A DNA stretch of 62,598 bases, counting the filler, from Asterionella formosa (lineage: Eukaryota), in the NCBI GenBank assembly GCA_002256025.1. It is 26 parts of 26 records of this genome, joined end to end, with 100 filler letters (N's around TTAATTAATTAA, not from the genome) between each part and the next. Parts side by side here need not be neighbours in the genome. Positions count along the whole stretch, not along the records: positions 45,851 to 48,159 come from NKIB01000020.1; positions 48,260 to 50,568 come from NKIB01000021.1; positions 50,669 to 52,975 come from NKIB01000022.1; positions 53,076 to 55,381 come from NKIB01000023.1; positions 55,482 to 57,787 come from NKIB01000024.1; 21 more parts are not named here. One strand, given 5' to 3'. The position numbers were made by a program, and so were the translations under genes. Of this stretch, positions 45,851 through 57,887 are shown piece after piece. The notes under the pieces were generated by a model. It searched no databases and had not been told where the DNA came from. It saw nothing but the letters and a program-made list of their open reading frames with translations. Within the stretch, counting starts at the first letter, position 1, and every line of letters begins with the position of its first letter.

Positions 45851-48159
45851 TGCTAAGGATTGTCCTGAAGAAAAGAAAACAAAGGAAAAGAAAGAAACTG
45901 GAATGTTTGTTGGTATTGTTGAAACGATCGAAATCCATGATGAAAAGTCTGATACAGATGATGATTTTGAAATAATTAACTTGACTACAAACAACAAGAC
46001 GTTTTTTGACTATGAATATGTTGAAGACACAAAGGTCTACATTACATGCGAAGAAACAGAATATGCATTTATTGGAGTGACGATTGAAATTGAGGATGAA
46101 GAGATCAATCAAGCACACCATGCAAGCATCAAAAACAGTGAGAGTAAAATTTGTGCATCAATCGAGGAAAATGAACGTTGGTTAGCTGATACAGGCGCAA
46201 CCAGTCATATTACTATGTGCAATAAGTATATGACAAATGTGAAAGCAGTAAATGTACGCGTTGTTGTAGGCGATGGTAAAGAAGTCATTTGCAAGGAACG
46301 CGGAGATGTCTGCGTGCGAAACAAAGTGACCAATGAGACACTCTTGCTTAAGAATGTCCTTTATACACCTACCTTTCATAAAAATATTATCAGCATTGGT
46401 ACTTTTGTACGTGATGGTAAATACGAACTTGGTATGAAGCACAACAAAATGACTCTGACAAAAGCGGGGAAAACTGAGACGCTAGATTTCAAACGTGATC
46501 ATTCAGATGTTTTGTACTATTTCCAAGGAACTCGTGGAATTTACCCAGGTGGGAGTGATATCTTATCTGCAGAGGTCATCACAACGAAATTGACCAGTAT
46601 GGACATTAATGAAGCTCACGCTAAATACGGACATATTGGGGAAGCGGCATTGCGGGCTACTATGAAATCGCTTGGTATCAAAATGACAGGTGTGATGTAT
46701 ACATGTGAAGGATGTGCGCTAGCTAAGGCTAAAGCAAAAAGTGTTCCTAAAATCACTATGAGCAAGGCTACTCAACCGGGCGAACGTTTGTGCACAGATA
46801 TCAGCGGTCCATATAAAAAGTCGATTTTAGGAAATGACTATTGGATCCTTGTTGATGATGATTACACCGGAAAATCTTGGAGTTTCTTTGTTAAGAAGAA
46901 GTCACAGCTTGCTTCAAAGATTGAAGATTTGTTGACTAAACTCAAAACGGCTGATTATGTTACCAAGTTTCTCCGTTGTGACAATGCGGGTGAAAACGTC
47001 TCAGGTTTGACAAAACTATGCGAGAAATTCAATATTCAAATCGAATTTACGGCACCCTACACACCACAACAGAATGGAATTGTGGAACGAAAGTTTGTAA
47101 CCATTCGTCAACGAGCATGTGCAGCAATGTTTGCTGCAAAATTTAATGATGAATTTCAAGGTTTACTTTGGGCAGAGGCCATCAACACCAACACACGAAT
47201 CACGAACATTGTGGCCACATCTAATGATGTAAAAAGTGCAGATGAGAAGTTTTACAAAAAGGTTCCAATGATTTACGATCATCTAATGCATTTTGGCAGG
47301 ATCGGATGGGTGAAAATTGGTGCTAAGAAAACAAATAAACTCGAAGAAAAGGCCATTAAATGTGTGATGGTTGGTTATTCTCATGATCATGCTGGAGACA
47401 CTTACCAAATGTTTAACCCTCAGACAAGAAAGATTTTAAATAGTCGAAACATTCGCTGGGCTGATTGGCATGGCCAAACAAGTCCAATCGCAGGTTTGAG
47501 GGATTTCAATGTGGAAGGGGACACAGAAGTGGTTGTTATTCCAATTGATGATGAAAAGCAGGACGAAGATGTTCTTCCTGTTGTCCCACCAATCCAGCAG
47601 GATGTTGATTTGGAAACACCTGTTCCAGTTGTGAAACAAACAAGATTTCAGCTATCCGAAGCAGTGGGGAAGTTAGGTGATGAGATCAACAAAGATGCTT
47701 CGAAGAAAGCAAAATTGGAACGAGAATTGAAACGCCTTGATGGTTGGAAAGAAGTTACTGGCAAACGCAGTGCTCGGCGCAGCTTACAACTAGATGACAA
47801 GGACAAAGGATCAATTGAAGAAATAGATTATTCTGAAGCGGCCTATCAAGATGATGATGAACTATTTCAAAGTGAAGAAGGAGTAGAGAGGTTCTATGCA
47901 TATTCTACAACGCTTGCTTCCGATCCTGGGGAGCCAAAGCATTACAAGGAGGCTATGAAAGGAGACGAGAGCAAGCAGTGGACCGTTGCTATTAAAAATG
48001 AAATCAACAATTTCTACAAGCGAAATGTTTGGAAAATGGTTCCTCGTGACAATCTCAAGGGCAGAAAACCCTTAGGCACACGCTGGGTATTCAAGAAGAA
48101 ATCCGAGCAGGATAAGAGTATTCGATACAAAGGACGTATTGTAGTGAAAGGCTACGTTC
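45851..48159 (+). mobile_element. Ty1/copia family A internal fragment, open ORF
   Basis: Near-identical to 43442..45750 with a few substitutions (VVDD>VDDD, AEY>ADY, TYR>TYQ). Confidence 0.95.
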
Positions 48160-50188
48160 NNNNNNNNNNNNNNNNNNNNNNNNNNNNNNNNNNNNNNNNN
48201 NNNTTAATTAATTAANNNNNNNNNNNNNNNNNNNNNNNNNNNNNNNNNNNNNNNNNNNNCTTCCTACGAGCAAACAACAATGAAAAGAGCCACTTGCTTT
48301 CGCTCTCTTGATGGTATCGAAGATGCGGACAAGTTCAATAGTTAATTCAAGTACAGTATACCAAATGCAGAAACGAGCGAGCGATATGAAAATGAAATGC
48401 GTTCTAATCAGAATCATTCTATAACTATAGCTATGTGGACATTAGTCTGTTACGCACATTTTCGTATCTCCTTCTATGCTGAATCTCAATAGTAGATGTA
48501 GTATCATGTGAGAATTGAAAATGTCAACGAGAACAAGTAGAATGTGTTTGTTTATGGGTTGATTGGCGAGATTGTCATGCTGAAGTGGACGAAACGGATA
48601 TACTTTGTGCACTGTGTGTGGAAACATTACGAGTTCGAATGGTTTCTTCTCTCCTGTAAACTCTTAATTGAATGATTATGAACAAAGGTTCACTGCACAT
48701 GACGATTACTCGAAGATATAAAGATCACTTGACCAACAAATTGAAGACGTTATCGCAAACATTCATTCCGCTTGTCATCGCTAGTATTTCGTTGTTGTTG
48801 CAAAAATCGGAGTGATGATGGATGGAAATCACGAGCAAAATTACATTACTTGAACTGGTACATTATCCTACCAAGAAATTCGAATACAGGAATCAAGTAG
48901 AAACAATACATATAATAATTAAATATATGTAGTCAAAAGGGTTACCATTTAAAATACAAAGGCATTTATCAAAATTATTAGATGATATAACGAAATATTA
49001 TGATCAGATGATCACAATCCTATTATGCATTATGGAAATATGATAGCTTTTATTTGCAGACCGTTGTTGATCAGTTTTTATAGATTGTGTGATGAAAATG
49101 TTCTAATTGTCATTATACTTCAAGGTCGGTAAAATAATAATAAATCATCATAGTTACAAGATACCTTGATCATATTTTTGATCCAAAAATTATCATATAT
49201 ACGAAAATCCTGTGCCACTTAGCGTACGATAGTACCCTTGATCCTATATGCATGATACTTTTTTTTGGCAGACATGAGGATGGCTGGCAGTTTTTCTGTT
49301 CCGGCAAACAGGCAGGAAGCCAGTTGTAGCTAGTTGCAATATTTTTGTGTCCGAATCCCAGCACCTGCATCTAGTACCTACTAGATAAATAGTACAAGAC
49401 GCATGAATACTCAGATGTACTATATACAATACGTGGTACTAAAAACAACCAACCATGGTTTAAGCTATGCTTTAACGCTTACTTTGAACACGTTATAATA
49501 TTATCTCTGTAGACTCGGTATTATTTTTACGAGACCTGAAATGTTGAATTATATCGTTCACATATTCATTGATTTTACATACCGTATGCCCGATTTCATC
49601 CTCACAAATATAGTTCTCACTCTATCTTGCCTGCCTTTGCTCGATTCGGGCTTGCAATAGGCAACATTCGTCTTTCTTTGATCCCATCGTCTGCTGATTG
49701 TTATGCTAGTTGAAGCGGATCGGTGAGTACAACAGTGAAATACTGAATGTGGATTGTAGATCGTATTTATCGACTTTCCGATTTGATTGCTTCCGTGGTT
49801 TGTTTTGATCGCTTCCATCGTTGTTAGTCGTTACGCACTGTCGTTTTGTTTCGATATTACATATCTACATAAGAACCAATGCATTTATCAATGACTACTC
49901 ATTGAAGATGTGGTATTGTGCCATTATTGATCGTATTTGCTGATTTGTATAGTCGTTGACAATGATGTCAATATTGCCGCCAAGCAATGCTTTTCTTGTA
50001 CTAACGCGCTTTGCTACATTTCTACTATGAGTTCGTATCAGAAGCTACATGAGTACTCAGCTAGAGAGAGTCAATAGTTCCGGAGAAGCGTGGCGATCAC
50101 GCTTGCTTAGAATGGAATGATCAGGGTTGCTTGTTTGGTGGTGGGCAGCGGAGAGGAATGACTGTGGCGGAAATACTGCTACTGGTGT

Positions 50189-50568
50189 CAGGCTACTACA
50201 GCGATGCGCATGGTTGCAGAAACCAGACCATTTACGCTACATAACGATGTAGGTCAAGATTGGGTTCAGCTTTTCCCTTCTTATTTCGGTCTTCGATTGT
50301 GTGGTGATGGAAAGTCAATGTTGCCTGGTGTGTAAGTACTACAATGATTCACAATGCATACGTCTCCATTGGAACTCTTATTTTTTTATTTCATTTCTAA
50401 CCCAAAACAATTTTTTTTGTTTCTCATTTGATGCTACTTATTACATCGCATTTCATACTTTGGTTGCTCCAAACATCATGTTCAATTTTCGTTGATGTTG
50501 CATGTTACAATCATTCTCGTGTGTTTTACGCTTGTTGTACCATCTCTATGCATATTACCGTTATTTTG
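50189..50568 (+). repeat. ~380-bp segment duplicated as reverse complement at 52594..52975
   Basis: caggctactacagcgatgcgc...ccgttattttg matches the reverse complement of the 3' end of the next contig, with scattered substitutions and small indels. Confidence 0.92.
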
Positions 50569-53319
50569 NNNNNNNNNNNNNNNNNNNNNNNNNNNNNNNN
50601 NNNNNNNNNNNNTTAATTAATTAANNNNNNNNNNNNNNNNNNNNNNNNNNNNNNNNNNNNNNNNNNNNAACTAATCCCAATTCAAGGCGACAGTAAAGGA
50701 ACTCCTACGTAGCTAATAAACATACGTGCACAAAGAAAGCTCCAATAAAATGCAGAAGGTATTTGGTCCTTTCCACTTGCAACTCCCAATTCCCATACTT
50801 CAGGTAACGAAATGTGATGATGCTTCCTGGTGGCTATCGTGGAACCTGCTGTGATATTAGAAGTGACAGGTGTGAGTGATGGAAAAGCAACAGCAACAAC
50901 AAGTGAAAGAGGAAAGTCTGAGCTGCCAGTTTACTACTATATGTATTCCTGGGCTGTCAGTGGGTTGAGATACAGTGTTGCCTGGTGTACTTGTTTCAAG
51001 AATAAGATGGAAGCCATCAGTCATTGCTCGTCTGTTTTGAAGGAGATGTGAGTCCTGACTATTCTTGGCATCAGGAGTAGCAAGTATGCACAGCAATGAT
51101 TGAGAGCCCAGCAAGAACTCAAATATAGTATTTGAAGAAGCAACTAACAAGTTGATGAAACTAAAGAAAAGATGGATTTTTTTCATTGAGAAAGCATTTA
51201 TGCCAGAAGCCTTTCCATTATGCCAAGAAATATTTGCTCTTTGGTAGGGATGAAAAGTTGGAATTATGGATGTAAGGTGGCTAAACTATTTACAAGCATC
51301 TACAATGCCGATTATTGGTACAACCACCACAAAAAAAACGCTAGTCAAATGTGATCACCCAAATTAATTATTTGGGTGGCCTACTAGTATGAAAAATTGG
51401 GCTACGTACATAATTTAAGGGTATGAAACAAAATAGAAATGTGATGCATCATATAATATATATGATAGGAGTGAACTAAAATAGTTTCGACAACTTCCAT
51501 AAATTTTTATAAACCCTAACCCTAACAATATTTTTGAAGGCCTGATCATATACAGTTCATCACTGAATCCTATCAAGATAAGAGAGAAGCATTGTTTGTC
51601 AGGTCATCGAAAGAAAAATGGTAAATGAACAAGGCAAAATAACATACCCAGAAAAGCGACAACAAGGATGGCTTAGAAACAACACCATTCTTGTATGAAT
51701 CTTCACCGTGATTTTGGAAATGGCCCTAGTATAGGAAACAAAGAGGTAGAAGTTTGAGAAGTAGAAGCTTGGGAATTTAAACCAATGGCAAGAAGAAACA
51801 AAAACAACATACCAACAAGGTGCCGACTACAGGGGCTTTAAAACAACCCACATTCTTGATTGAATCTTGAATATTCAGTCATGAGAGGCTATAAATTAGA
51901 AAGGATGTAGGGGTATGAGAAGAAGAAGCTCGGAAAAGAAGAACGATTGCGTTAAACTTACCACACAGATGTTACAGAGGCCATCTTTGTCATCGTAAAT
52001 TTTCCTTTCGACAAGACGATTTTTCAACAAGGATCATACTCATAGAATATTTAATTAATTGAAAATGGGCGCAGACACGGTTGCGCTCATATGACATCAT
52101 ACTAATAAAATGTACCAAACTACCGTAGTATAGTAAAATGAACACACTAAATACTCGCGCGGTCTGCAGTGTGGTACGAGTCTACCATGAGGACCACCAA
52201 TTTACCGCCCTTCAACTACCGGTACCAGGTACCTGGTAGTACCGGTAAGAATAATAGATACATCGGAAAATAAGGCAGTGGTGAGTATGGCTGGATTCAT
52301 GTTGAGGCTACCTGAAACCAGTACCTGTATCCCCCCCCTCGTAAGCGCTACCAAGCATTTTATTTAGCTCACATGATGCTTTTTTTAAATATACAATACA
52401 CTGCAGTGTGATCGTCATGCATGATCGGCTGGAGCATCCTGCAGCAATTCCCGCTCCAGCTATCGTCTTGCCATTCGGGTACTTCTAAGTAATTTTTAGT
52501 CTCTAAGTAATTTCTTAAGTAATTTTTATTTAAGGGCAATATGGGGCACATCGAATTTTTTGGCAATAAAATTGCCGATTTTAGCATGACAACCAAAATA
52601 ACGGTAATATGCATGGAGATGGTACAACAAGCGTAAAACACACGAGAAGGATTGTAACATGCAACATCAATGAAAATTGAACATGATGTTTGGAGCAACC
52701 AAAGTATGAAATGCGATGTAATAAGTAGCATCAAATGAGAAATAGAAAAAATTGTTTTGGGTTAGAAATGAAATAAAAAATAAGAGTTCCAATGGAGACG
52801 TATGCATTGTGAATCATGGTAGTACTTACACACCAGCAGGCAACATTGACTTTCCATCACCACACAATCGAAGACCAAAATAAGAAGGGAAAAGCTGAAC
52901 CCAATCTTGACCTACATCGTTATGTAGCGTAAATGGTCTGGTTTCTGCAACCATGCGCATCGCTGTAGTAGCCTGNNNNNNNNNNNNNNNNNNNNNNNNN
53001 NNNNNNNNNNNNNNNNNNNTTAATTAATTAANNNNNNNNNNNNNNNNNNNNNNNNNNNNNNNNNNNNNNNNNNNNATTCAAATTCTCATTCTCAGTGGCA
53101 CTATGCTATACTGTACTGTATAAAAAAGTGGAGTTTAGGATGTGTGTAGGTTTTGAATTACTCTCATCATTTGAAAATGTACAAAACCATGCATGCCCAT
53201 TGTGGACTCTGGGGATTGCAAATCAATTGTAGTCATAGCGCTATACACCATTTACTTGAACTGGGTCAGAAACACTTGTACAACTTTGTGGTTCCTCCCA
53301 TGCACAGGAAACAAAAATA

Positions 53320-53680
53320 CATTGTATTGGAATCCAATACAAGGTGAAAAGTAATTTACCAAAACAAGGTTGACCTTGTATTGGCTAGCTTTGTTGTTTG
53401 GGTTACGAATCCATGCTTTGCCAATACAAGGAAACATGCTCTTTTTTATACAAGGTAATTTTCAAAATGATCCTCCAAGAATACAAGGTATGGATAGTTT
53501 CTCTGAAATAGGGTTTAATTTTTAAAATTTCCAATCCAAGGTGTACCTTGTATTGGTTTTTACTATGTTCGCATCCACCTTGTATTGGTAAACCAATCAG
53601 ATCATCAATTACAATTTAAGGTTTACCTTGTTTTGGAAAATGCACATCATACAACAAGGTGGACCTTGATTTGGACCCAA
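53320..53680. repeat. Second array of CCAATACAAGGT / ACCTTGTATTGG motifs
   Basis: About 13 exact or near copies in both orientations, e.g. near 53333, 53359, 53374, 53421, 53530, 53545, 53577 and 53625. Confidence 0.85.
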
Positions 53681-54264
53681 TAACGCATTTATGAACCCCA
53701 TTACAGTTTTAGGATAATTCTATTAAGGTTGTTAATATTGAACAAATAAAAATATCTACAACACTTTACTATTCTTTTACAGCTGTTCAAATTTATTTTG
53801 CTGTTTTAACAAGTAACGAATACTTTATAAATTACAACAGCAGTATCGAATTTCTGAAGATACTTGAATCATCTGTTGGTGGTTCTCAGCTTTAGCTTCA
53901 TCGCAATTCTCCAATACTTTACCAGTCAAAGCAAATTGGGGAACTGAGAAAGATGTTTACAGTGAAGCACTGCAACGACAGAAGCAAGAGCATGGTTAAG
54001 AATACTAGCATACAAGAACAATACTACAACAAAGCCTTCAAAAATTCGTATAAGAACTTACATCATTTTGCATCTAAGAACCGGCGCTGGATGTTTTTTT
54101 AATTCACTCAATAATTCACCGATTCTGCAATTACATCAAAAGGAACACTGAGAGAGAGAGAGACTTGGGCTGTACTCAAGGCAGAGGGAGACACAAGTCG
54201 GGATGATACAACCACAGACACAAGTGGGATACACCAGGCTGCAGTTACGAAGGAGATAAAAAAG

Positions 54265-54751
54265 ATGCAAACTATTCTTTCAAGAATGTCAAGGATGCCA
54301 GCACAAAGATCAGCAGCAAGTAACCAAACATTGGGAGCCGCCATCACTACAAATGTGGTATGCAATGCAAACAATAATGAACAAGTTGATGCTGCAGAAC
54401 GAGACATGATGCATGTTGAGGAGGGAGAGATCAATAATGTCAGGAGCATTTCCAAGGCACCAAAGACTCTATTAGTTCTTTGGCAGGAATTCAAATTTGG
54501 AATTGGGCAGACAAAAGGCAGCTACTAGACTATTTACAAGGGTTGAGAGGGATAGATTCAAGGTGCAGTATTGTTGGCGCAGGGTTGTGTGAGATACTGT
54601 AGCTGCCTTGGTTTGAGCTGGATTCACTGCCCATACTGCAATTGACAAAATATATGAGATCTATGGTCAAGATAAAGCAGTGACACAGATTCTTGTCAAT
54701 CAAATGATGCTAGATTATTGCGCTGGTGGTCATCTACAGCTTCGCATTTAG
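54265..54751 (+). pseudogene. Relic of a GCR1_C-like C-terminal domain of the stramenopile Crypton type
   Basis: ISKAPKTLLVLWQEFKFGIG, then after a frameshift KAATRLFTRVERDRFKVQYCWRRVV*DTVAALV*AGFTAHTAIDKIYEIYGQDKAVTQIL...GGHLQLRI*. Family recognised from memory only. Confidence 0.55.
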
Positions 54752-55481
54752 ATAATTACATTTACTACTAGTACTAGCATACATAATTTTTATATTAGCT
54801 CACTCATTGTTGTGTTCAATTCATTTCCGGTATCTTGATATTATACTACCCGGTAGCTATAATCGAAATACCAGTAAAACGGTGCGATGGAGTCAAATTC
54901 CCAGTACCTGGTAGCTGGTACCTGATAGTATACCGGTAGCTATCGGGATTACCAGCATGAGCTACTACAGGGTACTGCTATATATTATCCAGAGGGAAAA
55001 AAGACGATGAAGCAAGAAGCAAGAAGCAAGAATGGTATGACCTTTGTTGCTACCAGGTACCTTGTGGACAGGTAAGTACGTGGCAACCACTACTAGGACT
55101 AGGACTAGCTTCCACTATGATACGGGTTTAATTGATGGAAGTTTTATTTTTACGATTGCCTTCCCAGTATTTTGTCCATACGAAATAATAGTTGCGCGTT
55201 TATTAGATTGCAGTTCACCTCTTGTCTCGCTCCCTGCATAATAGTATATCTCTTTATATTTATGATTCATGACAGCTACGACGTTCCAAACAAAAGGAGG
55301 GCAATCTGCCTTGTTTAAGAGTTCCATCATGTCCAAGTCAGTGGTCTTGTTCGTGACCAGCAAGTGCGCCGCAGTCAAATTNNNNNNNNNNNNNNNNNNN
55401 NNNNNNNNNNNNNNNNNNNNNNNNNTTAATTAATTAANNNNNNNNNNNNNNNNNNNNNNNNNNNNNNNNNNNNNNNNNNNN

Positions 55482-57787
55482 TTAACATCGCGTGTATTGA
55501 TTACAGTGTTAGTCTCATGATTATACATACGATACGTATCTTGGGAGTGGTCCTCCGAATAACCCAAAAAGACACACTTGAAAGAACGTGCGTCTAATTT
55601 CTTAATGCTGTGTCTTGCAGTAACCCATCCTACGCGCCCAAATTGCTTGTATAACTTGTAGGGCCTTCTTGGATTCATTTCGCCGTAGAACATGTCGTCG
55701 GGACTTCTTTTAGTTACTGAGTTAACTGTACTATTTGTTAAACGTGTAGCTGTATGTACCGCCTCTGCCCATAATAGCCCTTGGTACTCATCTGTTAGTT
55801 TCGCACTTAGCATCATTGCTAGTGCCCTCTGTCGCACAATGACAAAACCGCGTTCCGCTACACCATTGTGTTGTGGAGTGTGCGGGGCAGTAAATTCCAT
55901 TTTTATACCGCGATTTTCACATACCTTTCTCAATTGTTTAGTATTCTCGCCTGCGTCATCGCAACGGACATACTTTGTCTTGTGACCGGCTCCGGCTAAA
56001 CTTGATAGTAAAACTTCAATGACTGTTCCGATATCGCTCTTCTTTTTAATGAAATAGCTCCAGCGCTTTCTTGTGTAGTCGTCCACTGCCATGACCCAGT
56101 ACTGATTGCCAACAGCGGATTTCGCGTAGGGTCCGCTGATGTCCACAAACAGTCTCTCTCCAGGTACCGTCGATTTTTCTTGCGTTGTTTTTGGGACGGC
56201 TCGTGCTTTAGCTTTCGCTGCCGCACAGCCTGCGCACACTGTCATGATGCCGCTCAACTTCCATCCAAATAATTTTGCCGTATCGTGCAAACATTTCTCG
56301 CCCACATGACCAAGCATCGCATGCGCTTCATTGATATCGACAATCACATAATTATTTTTAAACTCACCATTTTGATTATTCCATTTGTTCTTTCCTTTGT
56401 TCGTTTTCTTTGCTTCAACTTTCGTCCAATCGTTTTCGTTGTAGTCGTCGATCGATTGTTGTGTCGCGTTCTCTTGTAGTTGATCGACTTCCATCACCAT
56501 TTGCTTGATGATCGGATTACCTTCGACATGATACATTGCTCCGAGCTTTCGAGTTTTATCTCTTTTGCAGGTTAGAAAACCGCTCTTGTTTCTTATCGTC
56601 ATCCTATCATCCTCGAAGATCACTTGATTACCCTTGTCGATCATTCTAGAGACACTGATGATGTTCTGCTTGAACTCCGGTGCATAAAGCACATCGGTGA
56701 GTTTCAAGCATTTTCCTTCGTCCATAGTCGTCAGGGTCACGGTACCAGAGACAGTTGATACTATCTCAGTTCCATTCCCTACCACGACCGTTTCACTCAC
56801 TTGTTTCTTGTCTTCCATCATGCGCACGTCTGTGCAGATGTGAACAGTAGCACCGCTGTCTAACAACCAGCGATTTCTGACGTCACGAACAAGGTTGACT
56901 TCCTCGTTGTAACTAATTTCGACGCACGTGGCGACGAACATTCCTTGCTGGGTAGATGTAGTCGTGTTGTTCTCTTCGTTTCTATTATTCTTAGATGCAC
57001 TGTTACTAGTGCACTCACTTGCGTAGTGTCCCATGCGTTGGCACTTGAAACACTTAATCGTCTTCCTCTTTTCTTTCTGCTCAGGAGTGAGCTCCTTCTT
57101 GTCGGCACTATTGCCCTTGCTGCGACATTCAGCCGCCCTGTGGCCATACTTGCCACACTTACGACAGTCACCTTTGAACTTCCCTTTCGTGTAGAAGGCC
57201 TGTTCACTCTTGTTCTTGTTAGTCGTTTTGACGTCATCCCGGACATATAGATCGTAGTAGTCCCGGATGTCTGTCTTAATCTCTTCGACCGTTAGCGTGT
57301 TGCGCGCCAGGCCGAACCTTCCTACTACCAAACTCTTGTAGCTTTCAGGTAGGTTGTTGATCATGTGTGCCACATAGGCACCATCCGAAACGGCGGAGCT
57401 CGTATTGCCCAATCGTTCCCGGATTCGATCCAACTTTACATACCAGCTGTCGGGGTTCTCGTTTTCCCCTAGAGTGCACTTCGTCCATTGGTGGGACAAG
57501 GCAATGACATTCGCCATGTTGCCTGACTCATACGTAGAAATGAGCTTGTCCCATGCTTCTTTAGCATTGCCGTTAGGAAACTCGGCACTTCTTGCATTAT
57601 TTACGTGTCCGAATGGCCCACTCTGGCATGCCATTATCAGACTTGCGTAAGCAACTGTGTTGCTCCTTCGGATGCGTCTCTCGTCAGCATCCGACAACAC
57701 GATCGTATCGCCCTTTAGGTCTTTCTCTCCTCTTGGTAGTTCGTCACCGTTAAGTATTCCTTGAAAGTTCTTGTAGCACGCGTATGC
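55482..57787 (-). mobile_element. Ty1/copia gag-protease-integrase fragment, open ORF, distant relative of family A
   Basis: Two CCHC knuckles (CRKCGKYGHRAAEC, CFKCQRMGHYASEC), WLLDSGAT, HAMLGH..CAGC, FVDISGP, RCDDAGE, QHNGVAER, KCVFLGY. Confidence 0.95.
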
Positions 57788-57887
57788 NNNNNNNNNNNNN
57801 NNNNNNNNNNNNNNNNNNNNNNNNNNNNNNNTTAATTAATTAANNNNNNNNNNNNNNNNNNNNNNNNNNNNNNNNNNNNNNNNNNNN

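Noticed and set aside
43442..48159. Tandem duplication of a retrotransposon
   Set aside because: The two copies are separate contigs placed together by size sorting.
48260..50188. Short ORFs in AT-rich contigs (also 9666..11981 and 50669..52590)
   Set aside because: No recognisable domains or convincing exon structure.
51511..51526. AAACCCTAACCCTAAC as a telomere
   Set aside because: Only about two units, and internal to the contig.
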